Shown: positions 30,297 to 39,298 of the stretch, piece by piece
How positions within the stretch are numbered: the stretch's first letter is position 1
How the letters are laid out: every line of letters begins with the position of its first letter
Assembly (NCBI GenBank): GCA_020859945.1
Contig: JAJBVG010000083.1
Coordinates: 21,659 to 85,658, forward strand
Direction: 5' to 3'
Source: Clostridiales bacterium
GTDB taxonomy: Bacteria > Bacillota > Clostridia > Oscillospirales > Oscillospiraceae
DNA length: 64,000 bases
Translations under genes and position numbers: made by a program
Notes under the pieces: generated by a model
The model's database searches: none
What the model was told of the DNA's origin: nothing
What the model saw: only the letters and a program-made list of their open reading frames with translations

Positions 30297-30320
30297 GGGG
30301 GAGCGTTCTGCAACGCCCTC

Positions 30321-30351
30321 AAAACCCGACTGCAACAGGTGCAGCCGGGTT
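30321..30351 (-). terminator. Probable intrinsic terminator of bioY
   Basis: On the minus strand, stem AACCCGGCTGCA/TGCAGTCGGGTT (1 mismatch) followed by TTTT. Confidence 0.5.
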
Positions 30352-30409
30352 ACGGGGGGAGGTGAAAGCTATGTTGGAATCAAAGTTGGAATCAGCAGGA
30401 AAACCGCGC

Positions 30410-30964
30410 TCAGCTGGCCTGGGGCAGCAGCTGGGCCTTTTCCAGCGCGGCGCGCACTGCCTTGCCCAGGCCGGTGGCCACGACCATTTTGGCCAGGTCC
30501 GCGGGGATGAAGGGGAACACGCACAGGGTCAGCGCGGACCACAGCGGGGTCTGAGACTGGAACATAAACCAGGCGGTGCCCAGCGCGTAAGCGATGGCGG
30601 TGCTGACCACCATGGCCAGGAAGGTCCAGACGGGCTGCGCGTTGGTGCGCTCCAGCACGATACCGGAAATCAGGGTGATGAAAACGAAGCCCACCAAGTA
30701 GCCGCCGGTGGGACCGGCCAGCTTCGCCAGGCCCCCGGTGTAACCGGAAAAGATGGGCATCCCTGCCGCGCCCAGCAGCATGTAAACCAGGTAACTGATG
30801 GTGGCGCCCTTGGCTCCCAGCAGATAGACAGTCAGATAGAGGACCAGATTGGTGAAGGAGATGGGGATCGGCCCGATGGGAATGGACATGGGGCCTAAAA
30901 TGCACATCAGCGCCGCCATCAGCGCACAGGTGGTCAGTTGGTAGACAGTGGATTTCTGTTTCAT
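30410..30964 (-). CDS. bioY: Biotin transporter BioY (ECF S component)
   Basis: Start at MKQKSTVYQL with AAAGGGAG upstream. BioY blocks include PISFTNLVLYLTVYLLG and GPTGGYLVGF. Confidence 0.9.
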   Translation of the reverse strand: MKQKSTVYQLTTCALMAALMCILGPMSIPIGPIPISFTNLVLYLTVYLLGAKGATISYLVYMLLGAAGMPIFSGYTGGLAKLAGPTGGYLVGFVFITLISGIVLERTNAQPVWTFLAMVVSTAIAYALGTAWFMFQSQTPLWSALTLCVFPFIPADLAKMVVATGLGKAVRAALEKAQLLPQAS

Positions 30965-31032
30965 GGTAGTAACTCCCTTTTCCGGGCCGCGCCCGTTCTT
31001 TTCGTCCCTTATCATACAGGACGTCAGGGCAT

Positions 31033-31063
31033 TTGTCAACCATAAATTTAACTCGGTTGACAA
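31033..31063. promoter_or_regulatory. BirA operator (bioO) overlapping the bioY promoter
   Basis: Perfect inverted repeat TTGTCAACC-N13-GGTTGACAA. On the minus strand, its TTGACA, a 17 nt spacer and TATGAT (plus strand 31011-31016) form the promoter. Confidence 0.75.
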
Positions 31064-31070
31064 TTGTTTT

Positions 31071-31598
31071 TCACCGCTCCAGCAGCCGGAAAATCAACCG
31101 CTGTTCCTCCCGGCTCTCCTCCGCCAGCGACAACAGCAGCTCCCGGAGGGCGGGGTCGGACACAGTCTCTGCCGCCTGGCGGTCCTCCAGCTCCGCCCGC
31201 TGACTGGCCTGGTACAGTTTCCGCAGTCCGGTGCGCAGGTCGCTCCACTGCCAGGGCCGCGTTCTTCCCGCCGGGAAGTACCACCCGCCGGAGGCCAGAA
31301 AGAGCGCTGCCGCCAGCCGCTTCGCCCGGTGATAGGCCTGACAAGACAGCCGCACCAGCGCGGAGCCGTATCCGTAGGACGCGGCCAATCCCTGACAGCT
31401 CCGCCACCGACGCAGCTCCTCCTCCACTCGCCGCCGCAGGTAGGCCCCATTCTCTCCCGCCGCGGGTTCCCCCGCCGGGCAGACGGGTGTTTTTGCCTGT
31501 ATGACCTCCACCGGGCAGGCGTTCTCCGCGGGGGCCACCCGTTTCCACACCCGCGCAAATCGCGCCGGGTCTAAGGCCCGTTCCAGCGCTTCATTCAT
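31071..31598 (-). CDS. Hypothetical protein, Arg/Ala-rich and helical
   Basis: 175 aa ORF with coding-like composition. I recognise no motif. Confidence 0.4.
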   Translation of the reverse strand: MNEALERALDPARFARVWKRVAPAENACPVEVIQAKTPVCPAGEPAAGENGAYLRRRVEEELRRWRSCQGLAASYGYGSALVRLSCQAYHRAKRLAAALFLASGGWYFPAGRTRPWQWSDLRTGLRKLYQASQRAELEDRQAAETVSDPALRELLLSLAEESREEQRLIFRLLER

Positions 31599-31786
31599 CT
31601 TGTTTCCTCCGTTCTCCCGGATGGGCGTCTCTTCCCCATTTTATGCAAAAAAAGACGGCGAAGTGACAGCACTCCCCGGCGACACAAAGGCGACAGATTT
31701 CAGATTGAGTATGGAATCAGGCTGTGGTATTATAATAGAAAAGAATAAATTTTTCACGCATACCCCACAGAAGGAGCCAATCCCAT

Positions 31787-32557
31787 ATGAAAATCGCAAT
31801 CGTGACCGGGGCCTCCAGCGGCCTGGGCAGAGAGTTTGTACGGCAAATCGACCAGAGTGAAACCCTGGACGAAATTTGGGTCATCGCCCGGAGAGAGGAG
31901 CGGCTGAAAAGCCTTTGTGGGCAGTCCGCCGCCGCCATCCGCCCCGTTCCCCTGGACCTGACGGAAAAAGAGTCGTTCCAAAAACTGGAGCAGCTGCTGC
32001 AAGCAGAGAAACCCGATGTGCGGATTTTGGTCAACGCGGCTGGCTTTGGCAAAATCGGCGCGTGGAAGGACATCGCCCAGGCGGACGCGGACGCCATGAT
32101 CGAGTTGAACTGCCGGGCGGCGGTAGATATGACCCAACTGGTGCTGCCGTATATGCAAAAGGGGGCGCGGGTGCTGGAAATCTGCTCCACCGCCGGGTTC
32201 CAGCCCCTCCCCTACTTGGGCATTTACGCCGCCTCCAAAGCCTTCCTCTACCGGTACAGCCGCGCCCTCCGGGTGGAATTGTTCGGGGAGGGTATCAGCG
32301 TCACAGCGGTCTGCCCCTACTGGATCAAGGACACGGAATTTATCGGAACGGCTCAGAAAACCAAGAACAGCGCCTATATCCGACACTTTCCCCTGGCCTC
32401 TAAAGAGAAGAACGTGGTGCGGCTGGCGCTGCGGGACGCAAAGCTGCGCCTGCCGGTGTCCACGCCGGGGGTGGTCTGTACTCTGCACCGGGTCGCGGCG
32501 AAATTCATCCCCAGCGAGGCCATGATGGGCCTCTGGGCGCTGATTCGGAGAATTTAA
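31787..32557 (+). CDS. SDR family oxidoreductase
   Basis: TGASSGLG cofactor motif and the YAASK catalytic YxxxK. Confidence 0.85.
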   Translation: MKIAIVTGASSGLGREFVRQIDQSETLDEIWVIARREERLKSLCGQSAAAIRPVPLDLTEKESFQKLEQLLQAEKPDVRILVNAAGFGKIGAWKDIAQADADAMIELNCRAAVDMTQLVLPYMQKGARVLEICSTAGFQPLPYLGIYAASKAFLYRYSRALRVELFGEGISVTAVCPYWIKDTEFIGTAQKTKNSAYIRHFPLASKEKNVVRLALRDAKLRLPVSTPGVVCTLHRVAAKFIPSEAMMGLWALIRRI

Positions 32558-32857
32558 GCCGGGTTTCTTATGATAAAAAGGGCGAAATACCTCTTTTCCC
32601 GGCCCTCCAAATCTGGTAAAATGTCAGATAAAGATGATTCTCTTGTCGGATATCCCTTTGCATCTGTTTTAACACGCCCTTGCGTTGTCAGATTGCATTT
32701 TTATATGTGTAGGAGCAGCCCTCGGCCGCCCGGAAAACCGCGCTCTTGACACGGACGGTCACGGGCCGCCCCTACAGGTGTGCGGTAACACTTCCGAATA
32801 AAGCTGTTGGAGGCAAAAGGGATATCACATTACCTTTGATAGAAAGGACGCATCGCC

Positions 32858-35800
32858 ATGTCATCCTCCCCCACGCTCTGGCAGCCCATGACCGCCGACC
32901 TCCCCGTGCTCTCCACCATCCACAACCTGTCCGCCGCCTTTCGGACGGACACGCCGGGGGTTCTCGGCGTGCAGGTGCGGGGCAAGCTGCCTGAAGGCCA
33001 GCTGGTGCTGGTGGCCGCCTCCCGGCCCCACAGCCGGTACTGGTATTGCCCCATCGACCCGGCGCAGGAGAGCTTTACCGTCTCCATGGAGGGATTCGGC
33101 GGCGCGCTGGCCTCCTGCGGGGACGTGGACTGGACCCTCTCTCTGGGGCGGCGCACCAAAAACGGCGTGGTCCTCTACCCCCTCAGGCAGAACGGCGACA
33201 AGAACTATGTCCGTTGGCTGGACACGTTTTTCTGCGATGACCGGCGGCGGTACGCGCCGACCGCTGGGACATTCTCCCACCAGGGCGTGGACTACTCCGT
33301 TCTCCCCCACTATTTGGGCAAGCAGTACAGCCTCTTCCTGTCGGTGTGTCCGACGGAGAACTGTTACGATCAGCAGCTGGCCTGCCGTCTCAGCGCGTTT
33401 ACACGGGAGGACGACGCCATCCGTCTGGCCGTCACCTGCCCGGACACCATGGAGCAGCCGGAGGGCTTTTCCTTTCACGATACCGATTCCGACCGGCCTG
33501 CCACGCTGTTCTTCCCCGGCCAGTCCCAGGGAACTTTTTCCGAAACCCACACCGTCGAGGTGCGTATCCCCTTCTCCGCTCTGGCGGGGCTGTCCGGCCA
33601 GGTGGAGCTGACCTGTGTGTTCCGCCGGGAGGGGAATCTGCTGCTGCGCTGCCCGGTGCGGCTGGCAGAGCCGGAGTTGGCCACGGAGCTGCAATCCCGT
33701 TGGGAATCCCTCCCGTTTTTCACAGGAGAGGCTCAAAACTGTTACCTTTCGGTGGACCCTGACCACAAGCTGGTGCTGGACTTCGCCGCCGAGGACCCCG
33801 GCGTTCAGCGTCCCGGCTGCGCCACTCTGGAGGAATACCTCTCCGGTCCCCTGCGGCGGGAGCAATACTACGTCACCGCGCTCTCTCAGCCCAGCGGGGA
33901 CTGGCGGTGGAACCTGCTGCTGCCCAGTCTGGACTTGACTGGCGCGAACGAGGCGCTGTTGTGTCTGGAAAAGGCGAAATCCTCTCTGCGGTGCCTGTGT
34001 CCGGTCACGCTCTGCCCCGCGGAGAGAGGCGGGACGCTGGCTGTCGCTGACCTCTCCGGCCTTCCGGCCCTGCTGGAAAATTGCCTTTCCACCAACTGGC
34101 TGGTCACGCTGGCCCTTCGGCAGGGGGACCGGTTCTGGTATCTGCCGGTGCTGGACCCACTGCACACCTTTTACACCTCCCGCACCTTCCCCACGGCGTT
34201 CAGCTTTGCCTCCGACCTGGAGCGCAGCCCGGTGGGGGAGACCCTGTTCGCCGGTCATCCGGTGGAGGGCTGCCCCCATTGGACGCGGAACTACAACGGG
34301 CGGCTGTGCCTGATGGTCAGCGGAAAAAACCTGCGGTATATGTTCTCCTTCGCCTGCCGCGCCCAGCAGGGGCGGCTTCTCTTTGGCCGCCTGACTTTGA
34401 AAATCCAGTGCCCCAAAATCCATGGAGACTGGGTGGGTGTGGCGCTAACCCACCGCTACAAGCTGGAGGAGGACCGGCAGGACTACTTCTTCCCCTGCGC
34501 CACGCCAAAAGACCGGGGAGACTACTACGAAATGACGGTACACATCGATGTGCGCCGCCTGACCTTCTCACCCCTCTACTGGGACATCCGTGCCGTCTTT
34601 GAACGGGACGGCGTGCAGTTCTGGTCCCCCGTCAAGGCCTCCATCCGCTCTGGCGAAAAGGGGGATATGATGAAGGAATCCGGCCTGCGGCGGCTGTTCG
34701 TGGGAGACAGCGTGGTGCTGAACAAGGAGCAGCAGCTGTTCCTTTATCGGACGGTGAACAACCGCTTTGCCCTGGTCTGCCAGGAGCGCACCCCCTACAG
34801 CGGCTTTTGGTTCCGGCTCAAAGAGCGCATCGCGTTTCTGCTCTACCTGGTGTTCCGCAAGCGGCTGCGGAAAAAGAGCATCCTGCTGACCTACGAAAAA
34901 TACTGCTGCATGGCCCAGGACAACGGCTTCTACTTCTTCCAGCACTGCATGGAACACAACATGGAGGCCCAGCTCAAGCGGAGCATTTACTTCGTCATCG
35001 ACAAAAAGGCCACTGATTATCAGGAGAATCTGCTGCCCTACAAGGACCACGTCATTCAGTTTATGAGTCTGCGGCACATGGTCTACCTGCTGGCGGCCCG
35101 GCTGCTGGTCTCCAGCGATTCCAAGGCTCACGCCTACGCCTGGCGGTGCAAGGAGAGCATCATCCAGCCCTATATCGAGAAGAACAAAAAGCTGGTGTTC
35201 CTCCAGCACGGGGTCATCGCGCTGAAAAAAGTGGAGTTTTTCAGCTCCGGCACCAACGCCGTCAGCCTGTTCGTCACCTCCAACGACATGGAGCATGACA
35301 TCATCATCAATGAGCTGGGCTACCAGCCCCAGGAGGTCATCATCACCGGCCTGGCCCGGTGGGACGTGCTGGAGGACCGCTCTGCCCAGATGGACCGGCG
35401 CACCATCCTCATCATGCCCACCTGGAGGAACTGGCTGGAGGAGGTCAGCGACCAGGTGTTCCGCGCCAGCGACTACTACCAGAACTATATGGCTCTGCTC
35501 AACTCCCCCCGGCTGGAGGAGTACCTTACGCGGTACGACCTGTATCTGAACTTCTACATTCACCCCAAGTTCCGGGAGTACCTGGGCAACTTCTCCATCT
35601 CCGCCGGCCGGGTGCGGCTGATCCCCTTCGGCTCCGAGCCGCTGAATCGGCTGATGATGGAGTGCAGCCTGCTCATCACCGATTATTCCTCCGTCTGCTG
35701 GGATGTGTTCTATCAGGCAAAGCCCGTCATTTTCTACCAGTTCGACGTGGACAAGTACAACGAGACCCAGGGGGCCTACATCGACTTGGAACACGACCTG

Positions 35801-35974
35801 TTCGGCGACCGGGCGGTGGACAACGACCAGTTGTTCGCCCTGATGGAGGAGTACGCCGCGAGCAGTTTCCAACTCAAACCCCAGTACGCCGAGATGCGCA
35901 AGTCCCTGTACAAGTATATCGACAAAAACAACAGCCAGCGGGTCTGTGACGAAATCCAGAAGCGAAACTGGTGA
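32858..35974 (+). CDS. CDP-glycerol glycerophosphotransferase (TagF/TarF family) with an N-terminal region of about 650 aa of unknown function
   Basis: The C-terminal ~390 aa carry ILIMPTWRNW, YIHPKF and LITDYSSVCWDVFYQAKPVIFYQFD. I recognise no motif in aa 1 to ~650. Confidence 0.8.
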   Translation: MSSSPTLWQPMTADLPVLSTIHNLSAAFRTDTPGVLGVQVRGKLPEGQLVLVAASRPHSRYWYCPIDPAQESFTVSMEGFGGALASCGDVDWTLSLGRRTKNGVVLYPLRQNGDKNYVRWLDTFFCDDRRRYAPTAGTFSHQGVDYSVLPHYLGKQYSLFLSVCPTENCYDQQLACRLSAFTREDDAIRLAVTCPDTMEQPEGFSFHDTDSDRPATLFFPGQSQGTFSETHTVEVRIPFSALAGLSGQVELTCVFRREGNLLLRCPVRLAEPELATELQSRWESLPFFTGEAQNCYLSVDPDHKLVLDFAAEDPGVQRPGCATLEEYLSGPLRREQYYVTALSQPSGDWRWNLLLPSLDLTGANEALLCLEKAKSSLRCLCPVTLCPAERGGTLAVADLSGLPALLENCLSTNWLVTLALRQGDRFWYLPVLDPLHTFYTSRTFPTAFSFASDLERSPVGETLFAGHPVEGCPHWTRNYNGRLCLMVSGKNLRYMFSFACRAQQGRLLFGRLTLKIQCPKIHGDWVGVALTHRYKLEEDRQDYFFPCATPKDRGDYYEMTVHIDVRRLTFSPLYWDIRAVFERDGVQFWSPVKASIRSGEKGDMMKESGLRRLFVGDSVVLNKEQQLFLYRTVNNRFALVCQERTPYSGFWFRLKERIAFLLYLVFRKRLRKKSILLTYEKYCCMAQDNGFYFFQHCMEHNMEAQLKRSIYFVIDKKATDYQENLLPYKDHVIQFMSLRHMVYLLAARLLVSSDSKAHAYAWRCKESIIQPYIEKNKKLVFLQHGVIALKKVEFFSSGTNAVSLFVTSNDMEHDIIINELGYQPQEVIITGLARWDVLEDRSAQMDRRTILIMPTWRNWLEEVSDQVFRASDYYQNYMALLNSPRLEEYLTRYDLYLNFYIHPKFREYLGNFSISAGRVRLIPFGSEPLNRLMMECSLLITDYSSVCWDVFYQAKPVIFYQFDVDKYNETQGAYIDLEHDLFGDRAVDNDQLFALMEEYAASSFQLKPQYAEMRKSLYKYIDKNNSQRVCDEIQKRNW

Positions 35975-35989
35975 CAGTTCCCGAATAGC

Positions 35990-36029
35990 CAGGGTCAGGC
36001 CCCAAAAGGACGCCTGACCCTGTTTTTTG
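35990..36029 (+). terminator. Intrinsic terminator
   Basis: 11 bp stem CAGGGTCAGGC/GCCTGACCCTG followed by TTTTTT. Confidence 0.85.
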
Positions 36030-36101
36030 CGAAAAAATTTCATTTTTAGACAATTTCAACGATGGAATCTCCTATATTGCGATATAAAATCTTTTTTCCC
36101 C

Positions 36102-36130
36102 TTGCATCTTGGGAGACAGATGTGTATAAT
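36102..36130 (+). promoter_or_regulatory. SigA-type promoter of the S8 protease gene
   Basis: TTGCAT, a 17 nt spacer, then TATAAT. Confidence 0.6.
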
Positions 36131-36176
36131 CAAAAATGTAACGTTTTTTGCCCAAGACTAAAAAGAGGTATTGCAT

Positions 36177-39170
36177 ATGTTCCAAAAATTCCGTTCTTCG
36201 TTGGCCCTGCTGCTGGTTTGCGCCCTGCTGCTGACCTGTCTCCCTGCCCCCGCTCTGGCGGCGGAACTGGAGGAAGCGCAGACCGCTGCGGCGGAAACTG
36301 TCTCCGACGATACGACAGATACCGCCGGGGAGGAATCCGAGGCCGACGATGTGGAGGACGTTTCCGACCAGGCTGAGCCAGTTGCCGAGAAAGAGGACGC
36401 CTCCGGCCAGGAGGAATCCGAAGCAGCCGCAGAAGAAACCGTCTCCGACCAGGAGGTGGAGGAAAACACGTTTGCGGAGGAAGAAACAGAGCCGTCCTCT
36501 GACGCAGCCGAAGAAGCACCGGAGGAAGACCCGGAGGCTGCGGCGGAGACCACCTGGATTCGGGTCAGCGACCCCACGGAGATCGCCCACCTCATTCGGG
36601 ACAACTGGAGCGATGACTACTTCCAGGAGGCCGTCATAGACACCCGCCGGAACCGGGTCACGGTGGACGGGGAATCCGCCGACCTCGACCAGGTGTTCGA
36701 CGGCGTGACGGAAGCGGACGAGGACGAGCTGTATTCCTCCGCCGCCGCAGTGGAGGCGTATTTTGCGGACACCGCCTATGAGACTGAGGTGCAGTCCGGC
36801 GGAACGGTGTCCGTCACTGCACCCTACCAGACCTGCCGTATCCTTCTGACGGCGGAAACCCTGACCGAGGACTATGGCGCAGAGACGATCCTGGAATACA
36901 GCGCCTATGATGAGTACGTTCTGCAATTCGCCACGGCGGAGGACACCCAGGCCGCCTATGAGCAGCTGGTGGCCCGTTACGGTGTGGAGAACTGCTTTGT
37001 GGATCAGGTCATCACGGCGGACGACCTGTTCCTCTCCGACGGAGAGGATGAGACGACCTCTACTGCCTACTCTTGGGGCACCACTTACATGGGGCTGGAC
37101 ACCCTGAAGGCCGACGCGGACGCGGACGCCGAAACCGTGACGGTGGCCATCATCGACTCGGGCATCGACGCGGACCACGCCTTTTTTGAGGGGCGCACCA
37201 TCACCGGGGACAGCTACGATTTTTTGGCGGGAGCCGATGAGGACCCCACCGAACTCTCTGACCCCTACGGCCACGGGACCCACGTGGCGGGGATCATTGT
37301 GGAGTGTACGCCGGACAACGTGGAACTGATGGTCTTGCGGATTTTGGACGATACCGGCAACAGCACCCTTGCGCTGGTCAAGACCGCCATGCAGTACGCC
37401 CTGGAGCACGGGGCCGACGTGATGAACCTGAGCCTGGGGGTATCCGGCGCCTATACCTACCTGGACAACATCATCCAGACCGTCTATGACGCGGGCATCC
37501 CCGTCTGCTGCGCCGCTGGCAACTACAGAACCGATGTGTGCTACCCCGCCAGCAACGAGCTGACCATCGCCGTCTCTGCCATTGATTCCAGCGGCACCTT
37601 TGCCAAGAGCTACTCCAATTACGGCGAGAAAATCGACTTCTGCGCGCCGGGTACATCGATCGTCAGCGCCCTGGCAGGGGGCGGCACTACCTCCAAATCT
37701 GGCACCTCTATGGCCGCAGCCGCGATGACCGCCGCGATCACCTACGTTATCACTGCCTGCCCTGACGCCACCGTGGAGGAGCTGTACACCGTCCTGCAAA
37801 GTTGCGTCACCGACCTGGGGGACACGGGTAAGGACAAGTATTACGGCTGGGGCTGTGTGGTCAACTTGGCCGGGATGTTTGACCTCTCCAAACTGGAGGT
37901 GACGCTCGAACTCTCTCAGGAGGAGTACACCTATAGCGGCTCCGCCAGGAAACCGACGGTTTCGGTGTTGTGCGGTGGCCTTACTCTGACCCAGGGGACC
38001 GATTATACAGTTTCCTACAGCAACAACACCGCCGTCGGCACTGCCACCGTCACTGTTACCGGCACCGGTGATTACACTGGCACTGCCGAAACAACTTTTA
38101 CCATCGTTGAAACCGACCTCTCTAACTGCACCGTCACGCTGTCTCAGACCACCTGCACCTACAACGGCGCGGCGCAGAAGCCCACTGTCACCGTGAAAAA
38201 CGCGGACGGCGACACCTTGACCCAGGGGACAGATTATACAGTTTCTTACAGCAATAACACTGCCGTCGGCACCGCCACTGTCACTGTTACCGGCACTGGA
38301 AATTACACCGGCTCTGCCACCGCGACCTTCACCATCAAAGCCCTGGCGACCCCGACTCTCTCCAGTGTCTCTAACACCACCTCCGGCGTAAAGGTCACAT
38401 GGAAGGCCGTCACCGGCGCGGCGCAGTACCGGGTGTGCCGCAAAGCCTCTGGCGAGTCCAAGTGGACGCGGATCGGCGTAACCACCTCCACCAGCTATAC
38501 CGACACCACCGCCGTCAGCGGCACCACCTATCAATACACCGTGCGTTGTCTCAGCGCGGACGGCAGCACCTATACCAGCAGCTATAACAGCACCGGGCTG
38601 CGCATCAAATATCTGACCGCAGGCAAGATATCCAGCCTGACCAACACCTCCAAGGGCATCACTGTCAAGTGGAGCAAGGTCAAAGGGGCCAGCGGCTACT
38701 ATGTGTACCGCAAGACCTCCGGCGGCAGCTATAAGAAGATTGCCACTGTGAAAAGCGGTTCCACCGTCAGCTATAGTGATACCGCGGTCAAGAACAAAAA
38801 CGGCACTACCTATGTTTACGCCGTCCGCCCCTATTACGGCAGCACTTTGGGCAGCTACACCGGCAAGACCACTGTTCGCCTGACCGGAGTGTGCATCTCC
38901 AGTCTGAAAAATGTGAAAACCAAAAAGATGACGGTCAAGTGGGGCAAAAACAGCAAGGCCACCGGCTATCAGATCCAGTATTCTACCTCCAGCAGCTTTT
39001 CCAGCTACAAGACTGTGACAGTCACCAGCTACAAGACGGTCAGCAAGACCATTTCCAGCCTGACCAAGGGGAAAAAGTATTATATCCGGGTGCGGGCCTA
39101 TAAGACTGTCTCCGGGACAAAGTATTACTCCGCCTGGAGCAAAACGAAAAACGTGAAAATCTCCAAGTAA
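36177..39170 (+). CDS. Secreted or cell-surface S8 (subtilisin-like) serine protease with Ig-like and FN3-like C-terminal repeats
   Basis: ATG at 36177 after AAAGAGG, then a signal peptide and an acidic region. Catalytic triad motifs IIDSGID, HGTHVAG and GTSMAAA. These are followed by 2 Ig-like and about 4 FN3-like modules. Confidence 0.85.
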   Translation: MFQKFRSSLALLLVCALLLTCLPAPALAAELEEAQTAAAETVSDDTTDTAGEESEADDVEDVSDQAEPVAEKEDASGQEESEAAAEETVSDQEVEENTFAEEETEPSSDAAEEAPEEDPEAAAETTWIRVSDPTEIAHLIRDNWSDDYFQEAVIDTRRNRVTVDGESADLDQVFDGVTEADEDELYSSAAAVEAYFADTAYETEVQSGGTVSVTAPYQTCRILLTAETLTEDYGAETILEYSAYDEYVLQFATAEDTQAAYEQLVARYGVENCFVDQVITADDLFLSDGEDETTSTAYSWGTTYMGLDTLKADADADAETVTVAIIDSGIDADHAFFEGRTITGDSYDFLAGADEDPTELSDPYGHGTHVAGIIVECTPDNVELMVLRILDDTGNSTLALVKTAMQYALEHGADVMNLSLGVSGAYTYLDNIIQTVYDAGIPVCCAAGNYRTDVCYPASNELTIAVSAIDSSGTFAKSYSNYGEKIDFCAPGTSIVSALAGGGTTSKSGTSMAAAAMTAAITYVITACPDATVEELYTVLQSCVTDLGDTGKDKYYGWGCVVNLAGMFDLSKLEVTLELSQEEYTYSGSARKPTVSVLCGGLTLTQGTDYTVSYSNNTAVGTATVTVTGTGDYTGTAETTFTIVETDLSNCTVTLSQTTCTYNGAAQKPTVTVKNADGDTLTQGTDYTVSYSNNTAVGTATVTVTGTGNYTGSATATFTIKALATPTLSSVSNTTSGVKVTWKAVTGAAQYRVCRKASGESKWTRIGVTTSTSYTDTTAVSGTTYQYTVRCLSADGSTYTSSYNSTGLRIKYLTAGKISSLTNTSKGITVKWSKVKGASGYYVYRKTSGGSYKKIATVKSGSTVSYSDTAVKNKNGTTYVYAVRPYYGSTLGSYTGKTTVRLTGVCISSLKNVKTKKMTVKWGKNSKATGYQIQYSTSSSFSSYKTVTVTSYKTVSKTISSLTKGKKYYIRVRAYKTVSGTKYYSAWSKTKNVKISK
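37924..38335 (+). repeat. Tandem duplication of an Ig-like module inside the S8 gene
   Basis: Two units of about 200 bp. The cores at ~37990-38085 and ~38221-38316 are near-identical at the DNA level (LTQGTDYTVSYSNNTAVGTATVTVTGTG). Confidence 0.8.
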
Positions 39171-39298
39171 ACAGCAGAAAAGAACCGCCATGCGCAAGCC
39201 TGGCGGCCCTTTTGCGAGTAAGGGGAGAAAATGGTTGACTTTTGCAGACGTTCTGACTACACTTGAGATAAGAAATTTTTAGAAAGGAAGCAATAAGC

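Noticed and set aside
30275-30898. 207 aa plus-strand ORF with a good-looking RBS (GGGGAGGTGAAAGCTATG) starting in the bioY 3' region.
   Set aside because: Almost all of it is antisense to bioY, which has clear family motifs. The translation is Gly/Gln/His/Asp-rich with no motif. I could not exclude a short peptide at its 5' end.
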